NCBI RefSeq assembly: GCF_964355755.1
Contig: NC_092680.1
Location: 14,889,045 to 14,953,044, forward strand
From: Antedon mediterranea
Taxonomy: Eukaryota; Animalia; Echinodermata
Direction: 5' to 3'
Length of the DNA: 64,000 bases
The notes under the pieces are model-generated. The model saw nothing but the letters and a program-made list of their open reading frames with translations. It had not been told where the DNA came from and did not search any database. Below, one piece after another: positions 25,901-37,945 of this stretch. Positions within the stretch are counted from its first letter, which is position 1; each line of letters begins with the position of its first letter. The translations under genes were made by a program, and so were the position numbers.

Positions 25901-28485
25901 CATGGAATAGTGCAACCTCAATTGTTAGAACGGTAAGAGCTTTTTATGTACTGTATAGGAGATAATATGCATCCAGGACTTTTCGAAAAAGGGATGTTCC
26001 ACCCCCGGGATGTTCCACCCCCGGGATGTTCCGCCCCCGGGATGTTCCGCCCCCGGGATGTTCCGCCCCGGGATGTTCCGCCCCCCGGGATGTTCCGCCC
26101 CCGGGATGTTCCGCCCCCGGGATGCCCCCCCCCCGGATGTTCCGCCCCCCGGATGTTCCGCCCCCGGGATGTTCCGCCCCCGGGATGTTCCGCCCCCGGG
26201 ATGTTCCTCCCCCGGGATGTTCCACTCCCGGGATGTTCCACCCCTGGGATGTTCCACCCCTGGGATGTTCCACCCCTGGGATGCAAGTGCAAGTTATTTA
26301 AAGACAATTCTTTGTTTTATGTTCTTTGGTAACAGAAACAGTATCAAGAAAACATGAATAAGAATTGCTTAAATAATTCAAAGGTTTATGTTTATGTTCA
26401 ATTGTTGTATCAAATTTCTTATTTAAATACAATAAGCAAAAAAATGTCACAAAAACCTCATCATGCATTATTGCATAAAAAGAAATTAATTACGCAAAAC
26501 GTGAAGAAAGAATAGATTATAATAGAGAAAGTGCAAGAGGAAGTTATTAGTAATTAAAGGTTATTCATGGACAAAATGATTTTTTATGATACATCTCAGA
26601 TATTCTTTAATGCTAATAAGCAAAACAAAACTTGTGATGCTGTGAAAACCTGGGACAGACAGTACTATTGATAGTAAGAAAGGGCAACATTTCCATCCAT
26701 TCCATTAAGCCTCACACAGTATAAGACTTTTGAATTTAAAGCTCTGTCTACAGTACCAAACTTTATGTGAAAAATAAATGTGATGTGCCCATGGACAGGA
26801 TTATGTCATACCCCTACCATATTTGGGGACATCACATTTTTTGTCAAACTAGTTTGATAGTGTAGACAGAGCTTTAGTTGGAAAAAAAGTGTGATGTGCT
26901 CAAATGTGGTTGACAATTTAGTTAAAATAAAAATTAAATATATAACCTACCTGCAATGCATCGCTCAAAGAGTGTTTAGCATCTGAATACACTACAGGTT
27001 TCCATTGAGAATAACTACCTAAAAGAGATTTGGAAGATGCTGGCGCTACAAAATTCATTATCTGAAATAAAAAAAGTTCTGAAAAATTATTAGTAATCAA
27101 TACACTATTGAAATCATAATATGATTTAGTCACAGTGTTAATTTAGTGTTATATATAGTACATAGTACATTACATGTGGTTAGTATCTATACCTAAGACA
27201 TCAAATATTCAGACCTCTCAACTCTCCCGCTATTGGTGGGAGTCTCCTGATATTTTGTGTTATCTCCAGCTAAAATATTAATTTATCCCGATATTTTGGA
27301 TGAACATATTAAAAAATATCCTGATAATGCCAATAATCTCCCGATATTTTGTGTGATATTCTCAACATTTTCCGACTTTGGTACCCCATGAAATACTCAT
27401 GTTTAAATATCATACAGTAGATGCCAATATCTTTTCTATGTTTTAACAACAACCTAATTACTTTAAAGTAATTTTCAAAATAAAATATGAGCGCCTTCTA
27501 TAGTATGGGCATGCTTTCCGAAATTCTCCCAGTATTTCATTTTTTCAATTTGGGAGGTCTGAATAATGATTAAACTGTTGAATCAGGGCTTTGATCATTA
27601 TTTGTAGTGATGGCAACATTTAAGAGACTCTTGCAAGACTTGTTGGAGTTGCCAACTATTGATGGATTGATGACAGATGATAGAAAGGCCATTAAATATC
27701 TTTATCTTGTCAAATCCAAAACACAGTTTTCTGAAAACTATCGTTGCTTATTCTTTTCTTTTAAAGATTAAAACCTTAGCTATTTTTGACAATAACTTTT
27801 ATCAATTTGTTTTTTTAACATTTATATTTTATTGTTTCAAATTTACTATTGGTATTTTAAATAGTTGGTTTTAAATATAAAATAAAGAATATCTCAATAC
27901 CTTAGCGTGCGTTCATACTTACAGAAAATATTGCAGGCGTATATTCATCATCTATAGACTTTTTTACATGAAGTTCTGCTGCTTTATCACTGACCATTAA
28001 TACTTCAACAGCATAACGCGAGTTTAGGAAATGTGATGGAAAGTTTTTTATAGAAAAATCAAACTGTGTTGTATTTTCTGTATATTGCATATGAGGTAAA
28101 GCAGTAGCACGACCAGTTTCGTTGTATGCTCTCACCTACAAAAACAAAAGTAGCATATTTTAAAATACAAGAACATTTAAAAATGAAAAGAATATTGAAA
28201 GAACATTGACTTTCATAGCAGCAATAAAAACTTATTGAAGATTACAGAAACTTTCCCTGTAATTTTTGACAATTTCTCAAAATAAATGCATACAGGTATT
28301 TATATATATATACATATACACTTGCACTGATGAAGGGCTAGTGTTGCCCGAAAGCTCTGCTAACTTTTCTGGCTGTTTACTTTATCGTTTTGATTTAGCT
28401 TTTCGCTTTTTATTTTTGTATCTCCATTGAGATCCAGCCACTGATACCCACAGCATTGTCATTTTTTTCAGTAATTTGCCTTTGG

Positions 28486-28527
<42 letters not shown>

Positions 28528-31500
28528 CTTTTAAAACATTAAACCAGGTCATTCCATGTCATGATAGTATTCATTTGGAAATAAATGCAGTTTTTGACAT
28601 TAAATTAGATTGAAAAAAGGTCAGCTGCTGTTCTTTTGAATGCCCTTTTAAACTCAATCAGAATAGCAAATCATTTGCCACATTCAAACTTTTCAAGTTG
28701 TACATGCATTTATATATACTGGGCCAATGGAATTATGTCCTATCTGAAGAATGAGTAAATGTAAAAATCATCTTGTCTAAGGACACAAAAAAGGCAGCAC
28801 AGACCATCTTTCATCCTGTCTGCATGATAAAAACCTTGATTTCTATCTAATAAAGAAACAAGTGTATTTATGCATACTGGGCCAACTGCATAACATCCCT
28901 CTTGATGGATGAGGCAATGTGAAAAACATTTTGAATGAGCACACAAAAAAAGGCAGCACAGACCGTCTTGCATCCTGCCAGTTCAATTTCTTACCATTCT
29001 GCTGTTAGTATATCTCATGATAAAAACATGATTTATAATTTTCTAATTGATTTAAATTTCTAAATACTGTATATATATATATATATATATATACAGTATA
29101 TATATATATATATATACAGTATTTAGAAATTTAAATCAATTATAAAATTATAAATCATGATGAGGGCGTATTAATTTGATATCTGGTGCGCGTGCGTACA
29201 ACTGAGGACAAGTTGTGTTCCAACCGTACCACGCCGAGAATGTTAAAGGGTCGTTATCCGATCGAGTTAAAGAACAATACCATGTAAGCCCCAGTGGTCT
29301 AATGGTTAGGGCAACTGCATATCAAGCAGACGGTCCGAGTTCGAGTCTCGGTTGGGGCGACTTTTTCTCATTCTCACAGATTTCCTCATCTTTATCGTTT
29401 CAAAAATTAATTAAATAATTTTCAGTGTATCACCGGGCGGTTTGGAATTTATTTCTATGCCTGTTGTGTGTATATATATATATAAACACAACAGGCATAG
29501 AAATAAATTCCAAACCGCCCGGTGATACACTGTATATATATAGATAATAAACGTTTTATCTCACCTTAACAGATAGAGTTGAGTTTGTTTTCTTATACTT
29601 TCTAATACTCTGGAATGTTCCACTACATGTTTTGGAATCTATTGTATCATTGAAATTTAGCCAATTGATGCTGTCTAATGGGGTTATCATTGTCACATTG
29701 CTATTTGGATTTGATACATCTGCTGTATCCTTTGTATCATTAAATTCTATAAGCTGAAAAAGAAATTAAAACACGCATAAAGATCTACTATATTATTTTT
29801 ACATGAATAGTTAAAGTAAGGAAATTGAAAATAAAGTTTTAATATGGATATATTTTAATGCCTATTGTAAACTGTCAATTATTTTTAATATTTGGTGAAC
29901 GATGAGCAAGCCTACATGTATCTGTTGAGTAGCATAAATAAGTAACAAAATGTTTTAAGGTTTCAATTTTTGTGGGAAATACAGCACTCAAAGGCTCTGA
30001 CCTGTAAATGACACTGTAAATGTCAAAAATTAAGGATTTTTTTTTTTGCAGAATTTTGAGGTTTCAATTGTTGTTCTCCTAGAATTTTCATCACACACAC
30101 AAATTATATACAAACCAATAGTGGTGACAGTAGTCTGTGAGTGCCACTTACCTGGATAAACCAAAAATAGCCCATGTGCTCGCCAGAGAGAGGGTTTAGA
30201 TGCGGAAAGTCAAAGTTCCTAGAACACCCTTGTACCAGTAACTATAATGGACTAGTCCACAACCACAACCTCATGTGGGAACATACAACAGTCATCATTT
30301 CATATATCCTCCCTCTAGACAGCATGAGCTATTGTCGGTTTATTCAGGTAAGCTAGGCACAAAATAGAAGCTTCTATTCTAATCAATTATTAATAATAGT
30401 ATCACCTTTGTAACAAGCATTGCCATTGAATAAGTTGGTACAGATGTGAATTCAATGGACTTAGAAACATCTTCTTCAACTAGCAACTTCTTCCAATTAA
30501 CCATCAACTGAGATTTATGATCAGTGACCGCTAAAAGAATTGTTGGACCACCTACAGATGACCAAAGGTAGTGGACTGTGTCATTGTCCCCAACAGCAAC
30601 AACATGAGCAAGGTTGAAGGTGTTACTGCTTTCATTTTTCCCTTCACATTCTGGTATGTCACAGTCTTCATTATAAGTGATAGATAACTTTGATTTAAAA
30701 AAATCAAATCAACAATTAATTTTATAAAAAGTTCACTGTGTTCTGATTTGTGTGTTTGTGGGGTGTGGGGTCACTCTAAAAAATATTGATACAGGGAGGT
30801 GCCGCATTTCTGAGGTATATTTTCATGGACCTGGTAGAACAAGTGTGGGAAAATACAGGGGAGGTGAAGCGTTTATGGGGATTATTTTTTAGGATTTGGT
30901 TACGTAATACAATTTTTACAAGGAATTTTAGGTATACTGGATGCTAAGCCCATTGCTTGAGGGGTCCTAACTTTGAATCAATGAAAACCAGTCAGCAGCG
31001 TTATTGCAAACCCCATTGCAAATGGCTCCCCTTCGCCGAGAACCAGTACAAATATTGCTTTCGCTCTGGCATGGCTTTTTTTCTGTCATCTTAGTATTTT
31101 ACAGTAAAACAGATAGCACAATTGCTTCATTAATGTCTGCTGCATCTATTTGGTTTGTATGCAAGCCAATCAACTAAGATTTAGTGTTATTACTGTATAT
31201 CTAGGCTCATGGATAAACCTTACTCGGCCAGGACATTTTACAAAATGAGCACTTTAATCTATTGAGGCCTATTTCTAACTAATGGATTTCCTTTAGTTTA
31301 TGATATCGGTCCTGTTAAAATCAACTTCCGGCATTTTGTATGGCGCACCACAAGAGCTATACTGTTGATTATCAGTCATTTTTTTTTGGAGCGGGATGCA
31401 TGGGGGCGGGATATACATTTTCCTTGTTTATATAGATTCAATCGATATTTTTTATTATCAATAATTAAATTATTAATTTTTTTATTTTACAGGTCGCGGA

Positions 31501-33148
31501 GAAGGATCTGTCTTTCAAAATGGCAATTTCTAAACACATTTAAATATTATTAAAATTAGGCATATAGGCCTAATATGTTAACTCTATTTATTTACGCCGT
31601 GGCTAAAGATACGGTACCATATCCCAACTTCCGTCTACTAAAGGTACGGTAAAATTGCATTACGTCATAATCAGCTGGTACGTGTGTGACGTCATCGTAT
31701 AAGAACTTTGGATTTTTTTTTCACATCTGAATGCCTATCGACGGCGCCAGGCTTTATTGATGTGTGCCCGGTGCGCTGATGATTCTGTGACTCAGCCTCG
31801 GGGCTAGACCTAGCAATGTTGAATCCAGAATCGTCGATGCACTCAATCTCAAATATTATTTCATTATACAACATTATACACTACAGCAGAAATATGTTGA
31901 TAGCCGAATTAGAAGTAAAGGAATGAATTATAATTCAATGTTGGAAATTGTGTTGCGTCAAAGAATATATATTCTTTGGTTGCGTCTAACTCATTCGTCC
32001 ATAGTTACTATAAGGGTTTTATTTTTATTCCAAATGGCCTATATTTTTTAATAAACTTTGTTCACAGATGGTGACCATAAACAAAAGCAAATGCGGACAA
32101 TAAAGGGCCCTCAAATACTATGATTTAGACAATAGGCCTAGCCCCAGGTCTTAGTCACAGAAATCAGCGCACACATGCAGCTGGCCCCAGCCTGGCAAAC
32201 AATACTCATATATCGAGGCTACAGGTTATGCGCCTCTTTTGAAACGGTAAATTTCTGTATTCTAGAATTAAAATCAACATGTTTTGGCCTATCAATAATA
32301 ACGGACGTAGTAGGCCTAGGCTACATTTAGTTTTTGTCACACACACGACGGGGATATTTTATTATAGCGATAAATGAAGCATAAAGAAAATGTTAAGCCG
32401 CAGCTTGATCACTGTTTTTATTTCGCGATATGAAAAAAAATCCCAAGTCCTTATACGATGACGTCACACACGTACCAGCACCCCATTGGCTGATTATGAC
32501 GTAATGCAATTTTACCGTACCTTTAGCAAACGGAAGTTAGGATACGGTACCGTATCTTTAGCCACAGCGATTTATTTATATGTAATTAATACAGTATTAT
32601 TTAGAGGATATACTGTACTTTTATAATGGAAACAATTACAGTACATAAAAGAGAACAATTTATTAAAAAACATTACCAACATCCATATTATTCGATCACC
32701 TTATTTTTATTTCTATTTTTATTATAACACGACCAATATCAAACGTAACTATATGATCGTATCTAGCGGCGCTCCATACAAAATACCGGATGTATGATTT
32801 TTTTATTTCACCTGGAACCTTACCTTTCCTCCCACTAGCTAGACTACTACTTTATCTAGGCCTCTAGCTAGGCTACAACAAGGCAAAGATGTATGGGACG
32901 AATTGTCCCACCAAACCTGGGCCCAATCGTCCCCGAACTTCATCCACGTCCTTGTAGCCCTGCTGAGAGTGACACAAAACCTAACATCCGGCCTACCTTT
33001 TAGTTAGCAAGAAAGGGCACGCTACTAGCTTTTTTTTACCTATTAGTATTAGGCCTATACCTACCTTTCTACATTTTATTTCTGAGATCCCAAACGCAAA
33101 TACAAGAAAAACACCAGCAAAACTGAATAAGCACCTCGATAGGAACAT
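22995..33148 (-). CDS. GLMP: Glycosylated lysosomal membrane protein (GLMP / NCU-G1), ~412 aa, 7 exons
   Basis: Minus-strand exons 33148-33065 (signal MFLSRCLFSFAGVFLVFAFGISEIKC), 30687-30406 (NLAHVVAVGDNDTVHYLWSSVGGPTILL...VNW), 29753-29565 (LIEFNDTKDTAD), 28135-27923 (SIDDEYTPAIF), 27061-26951 (YSQWKPVVYS), 25482-25325 (SIIRAFF...NISFG...YTSW), 23196-22995 (GYGEPPVESLSQLVIIVISAGLGIP TM, tail with YPAV YxxPhi motif). Motifs match the NCU-G1 family, introns are GT-AG and phases are consistent. Confidence 0.93.
23590..24290 (-). mobile_element. 3' fragment of a CR1/L2-group LINE in GLMP intron 6
   Basis: ORF 23865-24305 has the C-terminal RT-region motifs LQKRAIRI, LF.KFNILNVFDL, HNYNTR, GPKLWN, FKSNLK, followed by a T-rich 3'UTR. 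Confidence 0.8.
24290..24530 (-). mobile_element. SINE-like repeat related to the 6895-7180 copy
   Basis: Shares GTGGTAGAAATGTTCTTTTCGGATAAGGACT and GTACACATCT-like segments with the 6895-7180 element. Confidence 0.45.
25991..26283. repeat. GC-rich 16-bp minisatellite (GGGATGTTCCGCCCCC)n, ~18 copies
   Basis: Visible tandem array in GLMP intron 5. It accounts for the six overlapping spurious ORFs at 25918-26357. Confidence 0.95.
26737..26876. mobile_element. Tourist/Harbinger-like MITE, best-preserved copy
   Basis: TIRs AAAGCTCTGTCTACA / TGTAGACAGAGCTTT flanked by TAA/TTA-type sites, with an internally palindromic body. At least six copies occur in the window. Confidence 0.7.
27210..27561. 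mobile_element. hAT-like MITE
   Basis: TIRs CAGACCTCTCAA / TTGGGAGGTCTG with internal repeats of TCTCCCGATATTTTG. No clear TSD. Confidence 0.45.
28324..28360 (+). ncRNA. Minimal type I hammerhead ribozyme (Penelope-like-element type)
   Basis: GCA-CTGATGA-A-GGGC-TAGTGTT-GCCC-GAAA-GC-TC-TGC: stem I GCA/TGC, core CUGAUGA, stem II GGGC/GCCC, GAAA, palindromic AGCT helix III, NUH cleavage triplet CUC. Lies in a ~170-bp segment bounded by (TA)n. Confidence 0.75.
29027..29540. mobile_element. (TA)n-associated repeat with a tRNA-like core and a long hairpin at each end
   Basis: Inverted repeats at 29027-29159 and 29423-29532, each centred on a (TA)n run, flank a core containing a tRNA-like cloverleaf. 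Confidence 0.6.
29288..29359 (+). ncRNA. tRNA-like cloverleaf (nominal anticodon ATC), probably repeat-derived or a pseudo-tRNA
   Basis: Acceptor GCCCCAG/TTGGGGC, D arm GTCT-AATGGTTA-GGGC, anticodon arm (A)CTGC-ATATCAA-GCAG(A), T arm CCGAG-TTCGAGT-CTCGG, then a TTTTT terminator. A32 and the A.A mismatch are non-canonical. Confidence 0.55.
31595..32569. mobile_element. Non-autonomous Mutator-like (MULE) DNA transposon in GLMP intron 1
   Basis: ~130-bp TIRs (CGCCGTGGCTAAAGATACGGTACC...TGACGTCATCGTATAAG) and a 9-bp TSD ATTTATTTA at 31586-31594 and 32570-32578. Confidence 0.8.
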
Positions 33149-33305
33149 TGTATTTAAAATACCATAAATACAAAGCTAGGCCTACATCATGAACAGTAAA
33201 CCGACTCTCTCAAAAACTGTTGTTTAGATCACATGATGATTGCAAAAAGGTGTTCTGATCTCAGTCAGGGTGTCATGTGACCTTATCAGGTGCGTGAACG
33301 ATCTT

Positions 33306-33438
33306 TTTAGTCGCGTGCAACTCGAATCTAGATCTACAGCAGCTCACTATGTCGGTCGGTTGGTCGGTCAGTCGGTTGATCGGTAAACACTAACTTGAAC
33401 ACGCGACTGCAGCCATGTAGGCCTATATGACCTTGTTT
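33306..33438 (+). mobile_element. Short Helentron-associated (HINE-like) repeat
   Basis: TTTTAGTCGCGTG...CTACAGCTCACTATGTCGGTCGGTTGGTCGGT...CACGCGACTGCAGCCATGT, with sub-terminal inverted repeat AGTCGCGTG/CACGCGACT. Second copy at 39887-39975. Confidence 0.5.
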
Positions 33439-36400
33439 CATTACATTATTTCGCATTATTTTTGTTTCTCTTTTGTGGTTTACCATCACTTTTATTCATT
33501 AAATAAATAAATTGTTCATAATATGCCTACACTACCATTTTGTTTTCATTCTTTTTCATTCAAAAATCAAACTTTTAGGCGTACTCGTGTTGTTGAGTTT
33601 CGATAAAATACAAAACTAATTCGTTTCCTTCCGCATAACATAATATTTCATCTATGGTGTGAGACAGGTTATATGCCTTATCATTTAACACCAACAATAA
33701 ATTGGGTTACTAATTATTTTGACATGGGCCTATTATTTCGTTGTGAAATCAATTTGTCATACTGTAGGCCTACATTATTTTAAATAATTAACAAATGATT
33801 TTTAAGATAGGGTCGTTGTACTGGAGTGTCATGACCGGTTGCTGATGAGTAATTTATCAATTTTGTAAGTGTAATAATGATTGACATCATTATAAATTAA
33901 TTAAATGAATATCGTTGGATTTATTCTGCAAAAGGATATGTATTTCCCCAGTGTAATGCTAAAATTAAGCCTCTCCTAGAAATAGGAAATAGTGTCGTTG
34001 TAAAATACATCAACATTTGAACATGCATGAATAAATGTTTAAATTGTTTTAATGAAATGGTAAAATAAGATAATTATTACTAATTGTCCATTTATAATGG
34101 GCGTGGTTAGTGAGTGAAGTCAAGATCACACAATGGTTAAATAACATCAATAATTTACAAATATATATTCAAAAGTTGAATAAATTTTCTAATGGGAAGT
34201 GCATTCTGGTTTACCCAATTAATAATGTATTTAAATAATTTTAAATTTCAGTAAATATACGGTCATGCCCTTCCTTATCAGGAGATCTTCTTGTCCCTCG
34301 TCCTTACCTTGAAATCTTTAAACTTTCTTTTAGTTTCAATTTTTTCTTTCTCCTTCTTTCTTTAATTCTCTACCTTTAAGCATTCGTAACTCTAACAATA
34401 TCTTCTACATTAAATCTCTTTTGAAAAAACACCTGTTTCTCTCTCTCTCTTATTTTATATCTTTTTATTCTTCTTTCATTGTTGGCCTAACTGTATATTA
34501 TATATATTTTTTTTATCTTTGTTAATTTTGTGTTGTTATAGTTTATTTTGTATTTTCTGTTTGTATTGTTTGAGGGTCCCTAATGATCAGCCGATGCTGG
34601 ATGGACCACCCTCATAAAATATTGTTGAAATAAAAATTTAAAACAAATCTAATGTGTAGGCCTTTGGTACTCATAACATGCATCAACTTCCTTTATTAAT
34701 AAATGATATTCTTAAACAAATAGCATACAATTACATTAATGGCAGTTTCTTGATTATAAAGGTTATTCTTTTTTAATTTAATCGTGAATGAATTGAAATA
34801 AATTAAATTAAATTAAATAATTTATGCGCGAAATAATATTCGTGTTTTATTACTAACATTACTAAAAAGTCGCTTTATCGCGGGTGGTTTTAAACAAAAT
34901 ATTCTTGTCAATTTATCTTGTATGATACATAATTATTTTAGAATGTTTTTTCAGTACAATATACGATGGAAACACACAGTAATTATAAATGACCACAGCA
35001 TTGGCTTAGAAACATAGTTCTAATGTACCCTGGCTGACTCTGTCCTTATGGCTTGTTTGTCTTCTTCTCTCTGTTCTGTTCTCTCTTCACCATACGTGCA
35101 TAATATGCATATTATTAGATAGGGACTTTCAGTAAGCGCGCCAAAGTTTAGATTATAATTTTTTTTCTGCCTTCCACTCATGAAAGCATAACCTCGTTGT
35201 TGAAAATCTTTTCTAAACTACTACTATACTCTATTATGCCTAGGCTATATACGGTAATAGAACAAAGAAAAGAAGAAAATTATTAAAACAATGATTTGCT
35301 TTGGCCCCAAAGTGGACCGAATTGTCCTAAATTGACCCGAATATTAGTTGTTGAACAAAAATCAGAATAAATTTAGTATAGGCCTAAAGGAACCAAAGAA
35401 GAGATGTTATCTATGAGAGCGAACGAATTTCCATTTTCATGAGTTGACAACATATTCAACTCCTTTTAAATGCCAAAGGAAATTCTTAGAACATGTGACC
35501 AGTTTCGACTCAAGACAACATGATATAGGCCTATACTATAATAATTAACAGCACCATAAATAATGAAACAAATGTATCTATTGGTTTTAATCTTGATGAT
35601 GACTCGTTAGTTTTTCTTTCCATTTTACTTTCATTATTTATTTCTGACTTATATCTACCAGTTTGACAATGAAGTGCCTCGTACAGATAAAGAGAAGCAA
35701 CGAAATGAAATGTTTTTATCCAGTTCATACTAGTATAATATCGACGTTAGTAGGCCTAAAGTTCTTCACATTCACCACAGCTTTCTGTCAACAACCGACT
35801 CTCTAAACGGATAATATCAGGTAGTCGTGCATAATAGGCCTACCAACAAAATGTTATGAAACAGTCTTTATTTTGAGATCGGACATGTTTAAAAAACCAT
35901 TTCTCATCATCAGTCTAGTACAATGATTATGTAGGCGACATTTCTTAAATACCATCTTAACAACTGATGCAAATTTAGCAATTAATTAGCATAATAAAGA
36001 AAGAAGCAAATAGCGTAACAATCTAATACCAAGCGTCAAGGTTGAAAGTTTGTTCAGAGATGGTTGTTGCAACAAAGTAGGCCTTCGTAACTAGGCGATT
36101 CAACTTTCCTTTTACAATAACAGTAGCGGACCTAATGATTATTTAATGTACTGAAAGTTGGAGTAGAGGAGCACACCATTCCCGGCAATAGTGGTTATTG
36201 TACTGCTCTTGCCTCTCCTCAGATAGCTCTCCACTTCCTTTTTTGCATATTTGTTGTTTGTGTTCTGCTATGTGTCTGTTGGAAGGAATAAAATAAACAA
36301 GAAATATATCTTGTTTATTTTAAACGCCGCTCTACTCTTTGACTAACAATTTTAATCATTGCTCTTTCTTCAGATAGGCCTATAATGGTTAATTATTATA

Positions 36401-37435
36401 TAACTCCAGAGTACAAAGGTAAAATGTAACCGATAATTTTTATCTAATTTTAACAATTTTTAGCCTCTTAACTTTTTGTGTGTTTTTTTGTAAATTGTAT
36501 TTTATATTTTTGTATTTTGCCAGTTTTCAAATCACATTTCTGTTTTTTAAATTGACAATAAAGTATATATGACTATGACTATGACTATTATATTAATCAT
36601 TTTTGTTTAACAATCAGTAGTAAACATTTTATGTAAATATAGTCTGGCCTACTGTACAGAACAAAAATACAATCATAAACTAAACTACAGTAAATGTAGA
36701 CGTACATATCCCAGGGTAGGAGCATGGACCTATCTAATTTATTGGTCCATGGTAGGAGCATTCGAGATTATGACTAATTACTCCCTAATTTGACCCGGTC
36801 CACAGGTATATAGGCATATACTACCTATCTGGGGATAACGCTGCAACATTAAAGTTAATAGCATACATTGCCTGTTGATATTCTGTATCAATATTAAAAT
36901 AAGGAATCTGACTTGTAGAGAAATATAAGACCCAAAACATCGCCGAAAATAATAGTTTTTAGCCACGAACGAAGTGAATAAATTGCGCCTTCAGTAGGCA
37001 ATTGAATGAACTTTAAAAATTACTGTTTTTAGTAATATATTTTGTATATCAACATTGTAAAATTCAATCAAATATGATATTACATGTTTATTAAATAAAA
37101 AAAGAGTGTTTATTTAACCTAAAATTCAAGGAATTTCAATACATTATTTTCCCGTGTGTTGGACATAATATGCAGTCCTCCACTTTGTGTTGATTCGCGT
37201 CAAGTCAACCAAAGGTATCGTTCAACCGTGAGCCCTCATAGACTCTTTTTTCCCAGACGTTTTTTGGGTCCACCAGCTTGGACCTATCAATTTAGTCGAC
37301 TTTACAAAATACCGAAAATGTCAACCATAGATAATAAGCTTTCCGCTTAATATAGCTTCTGGGTGTATAGCTGGCTAAAGCCGCGGCGCGAAAATTATTG
37401 TCTATAATGGTGTGCACCAATTGTAATAGTAATTA

Positions 37436-37945
37436 TATTACCTCCGCCAAGGAGGTATTTTCACCCCTGTATGTGTGTGTGTGTCTGTGAACAGCCTGGA
37501 GGCCACAGTTTTCATCCGAATCTGACCAAAATTTAGCCACAATGACCTATGCCTCAAAAGCTCAGACTAGTTCGATTTTGAGGGGAAAGGTCACAACAAA
37601 ACACTATTTTACTGCCTAGAGACCACAGTTTTTATCCGATTCTCATTAAATTTAGCCACAATGGTCAATGACTCATCATATAATTATGGTTAAATTGTGA
37701 TGGGTCAGGGTCAAAGATCAAGGTAAAAAAAGGGGAAAAAATAATAATAATAAAAAAACCTCAGCGGGAATTGAACTGTGAGAGGCTGGACACATAACCA
37801 ATCACCAAACTCTCATCCACAACTATGTAGTGTGCATATTTACACTTAGATCTAATATAAAAAATGTATTTTTTTTTTCCGGGGACATTTTATGTAGGGG
37901 AATTTTACAGTAGGCTTTGTACTCTCTCGGAGTACCCTCTATTTT
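37436..37945 (+). mobile_element. Helentron-associated interspersed element (HINE/DINE-like)
   Basis: Starts TTACCTCCGCCAAGGAGGT, then a (TG)n microsatellite, internal duplicated CACAGTTTT.ATCCGA blocks and GGTCAAA.ATCAAGGT. Ends in a short hairpin GTACTCTCTCGGAGTAC followed by CCTCTATTTT. Confidence 0.6.

Noticed and set aside
25918-26357. Six overlapping G/P/R-rich ORFs
   Set aside because: They are artefacts of the 16-bp GC-rich tandem repeat.
29288-29359. Functional tRNA-Asp(ATC)
   Set aside because: The sequence does not resemble eukaryotic tRNA-Asp, has A32 and an anticodon-stem mismatch, and is embedded in a repeat.
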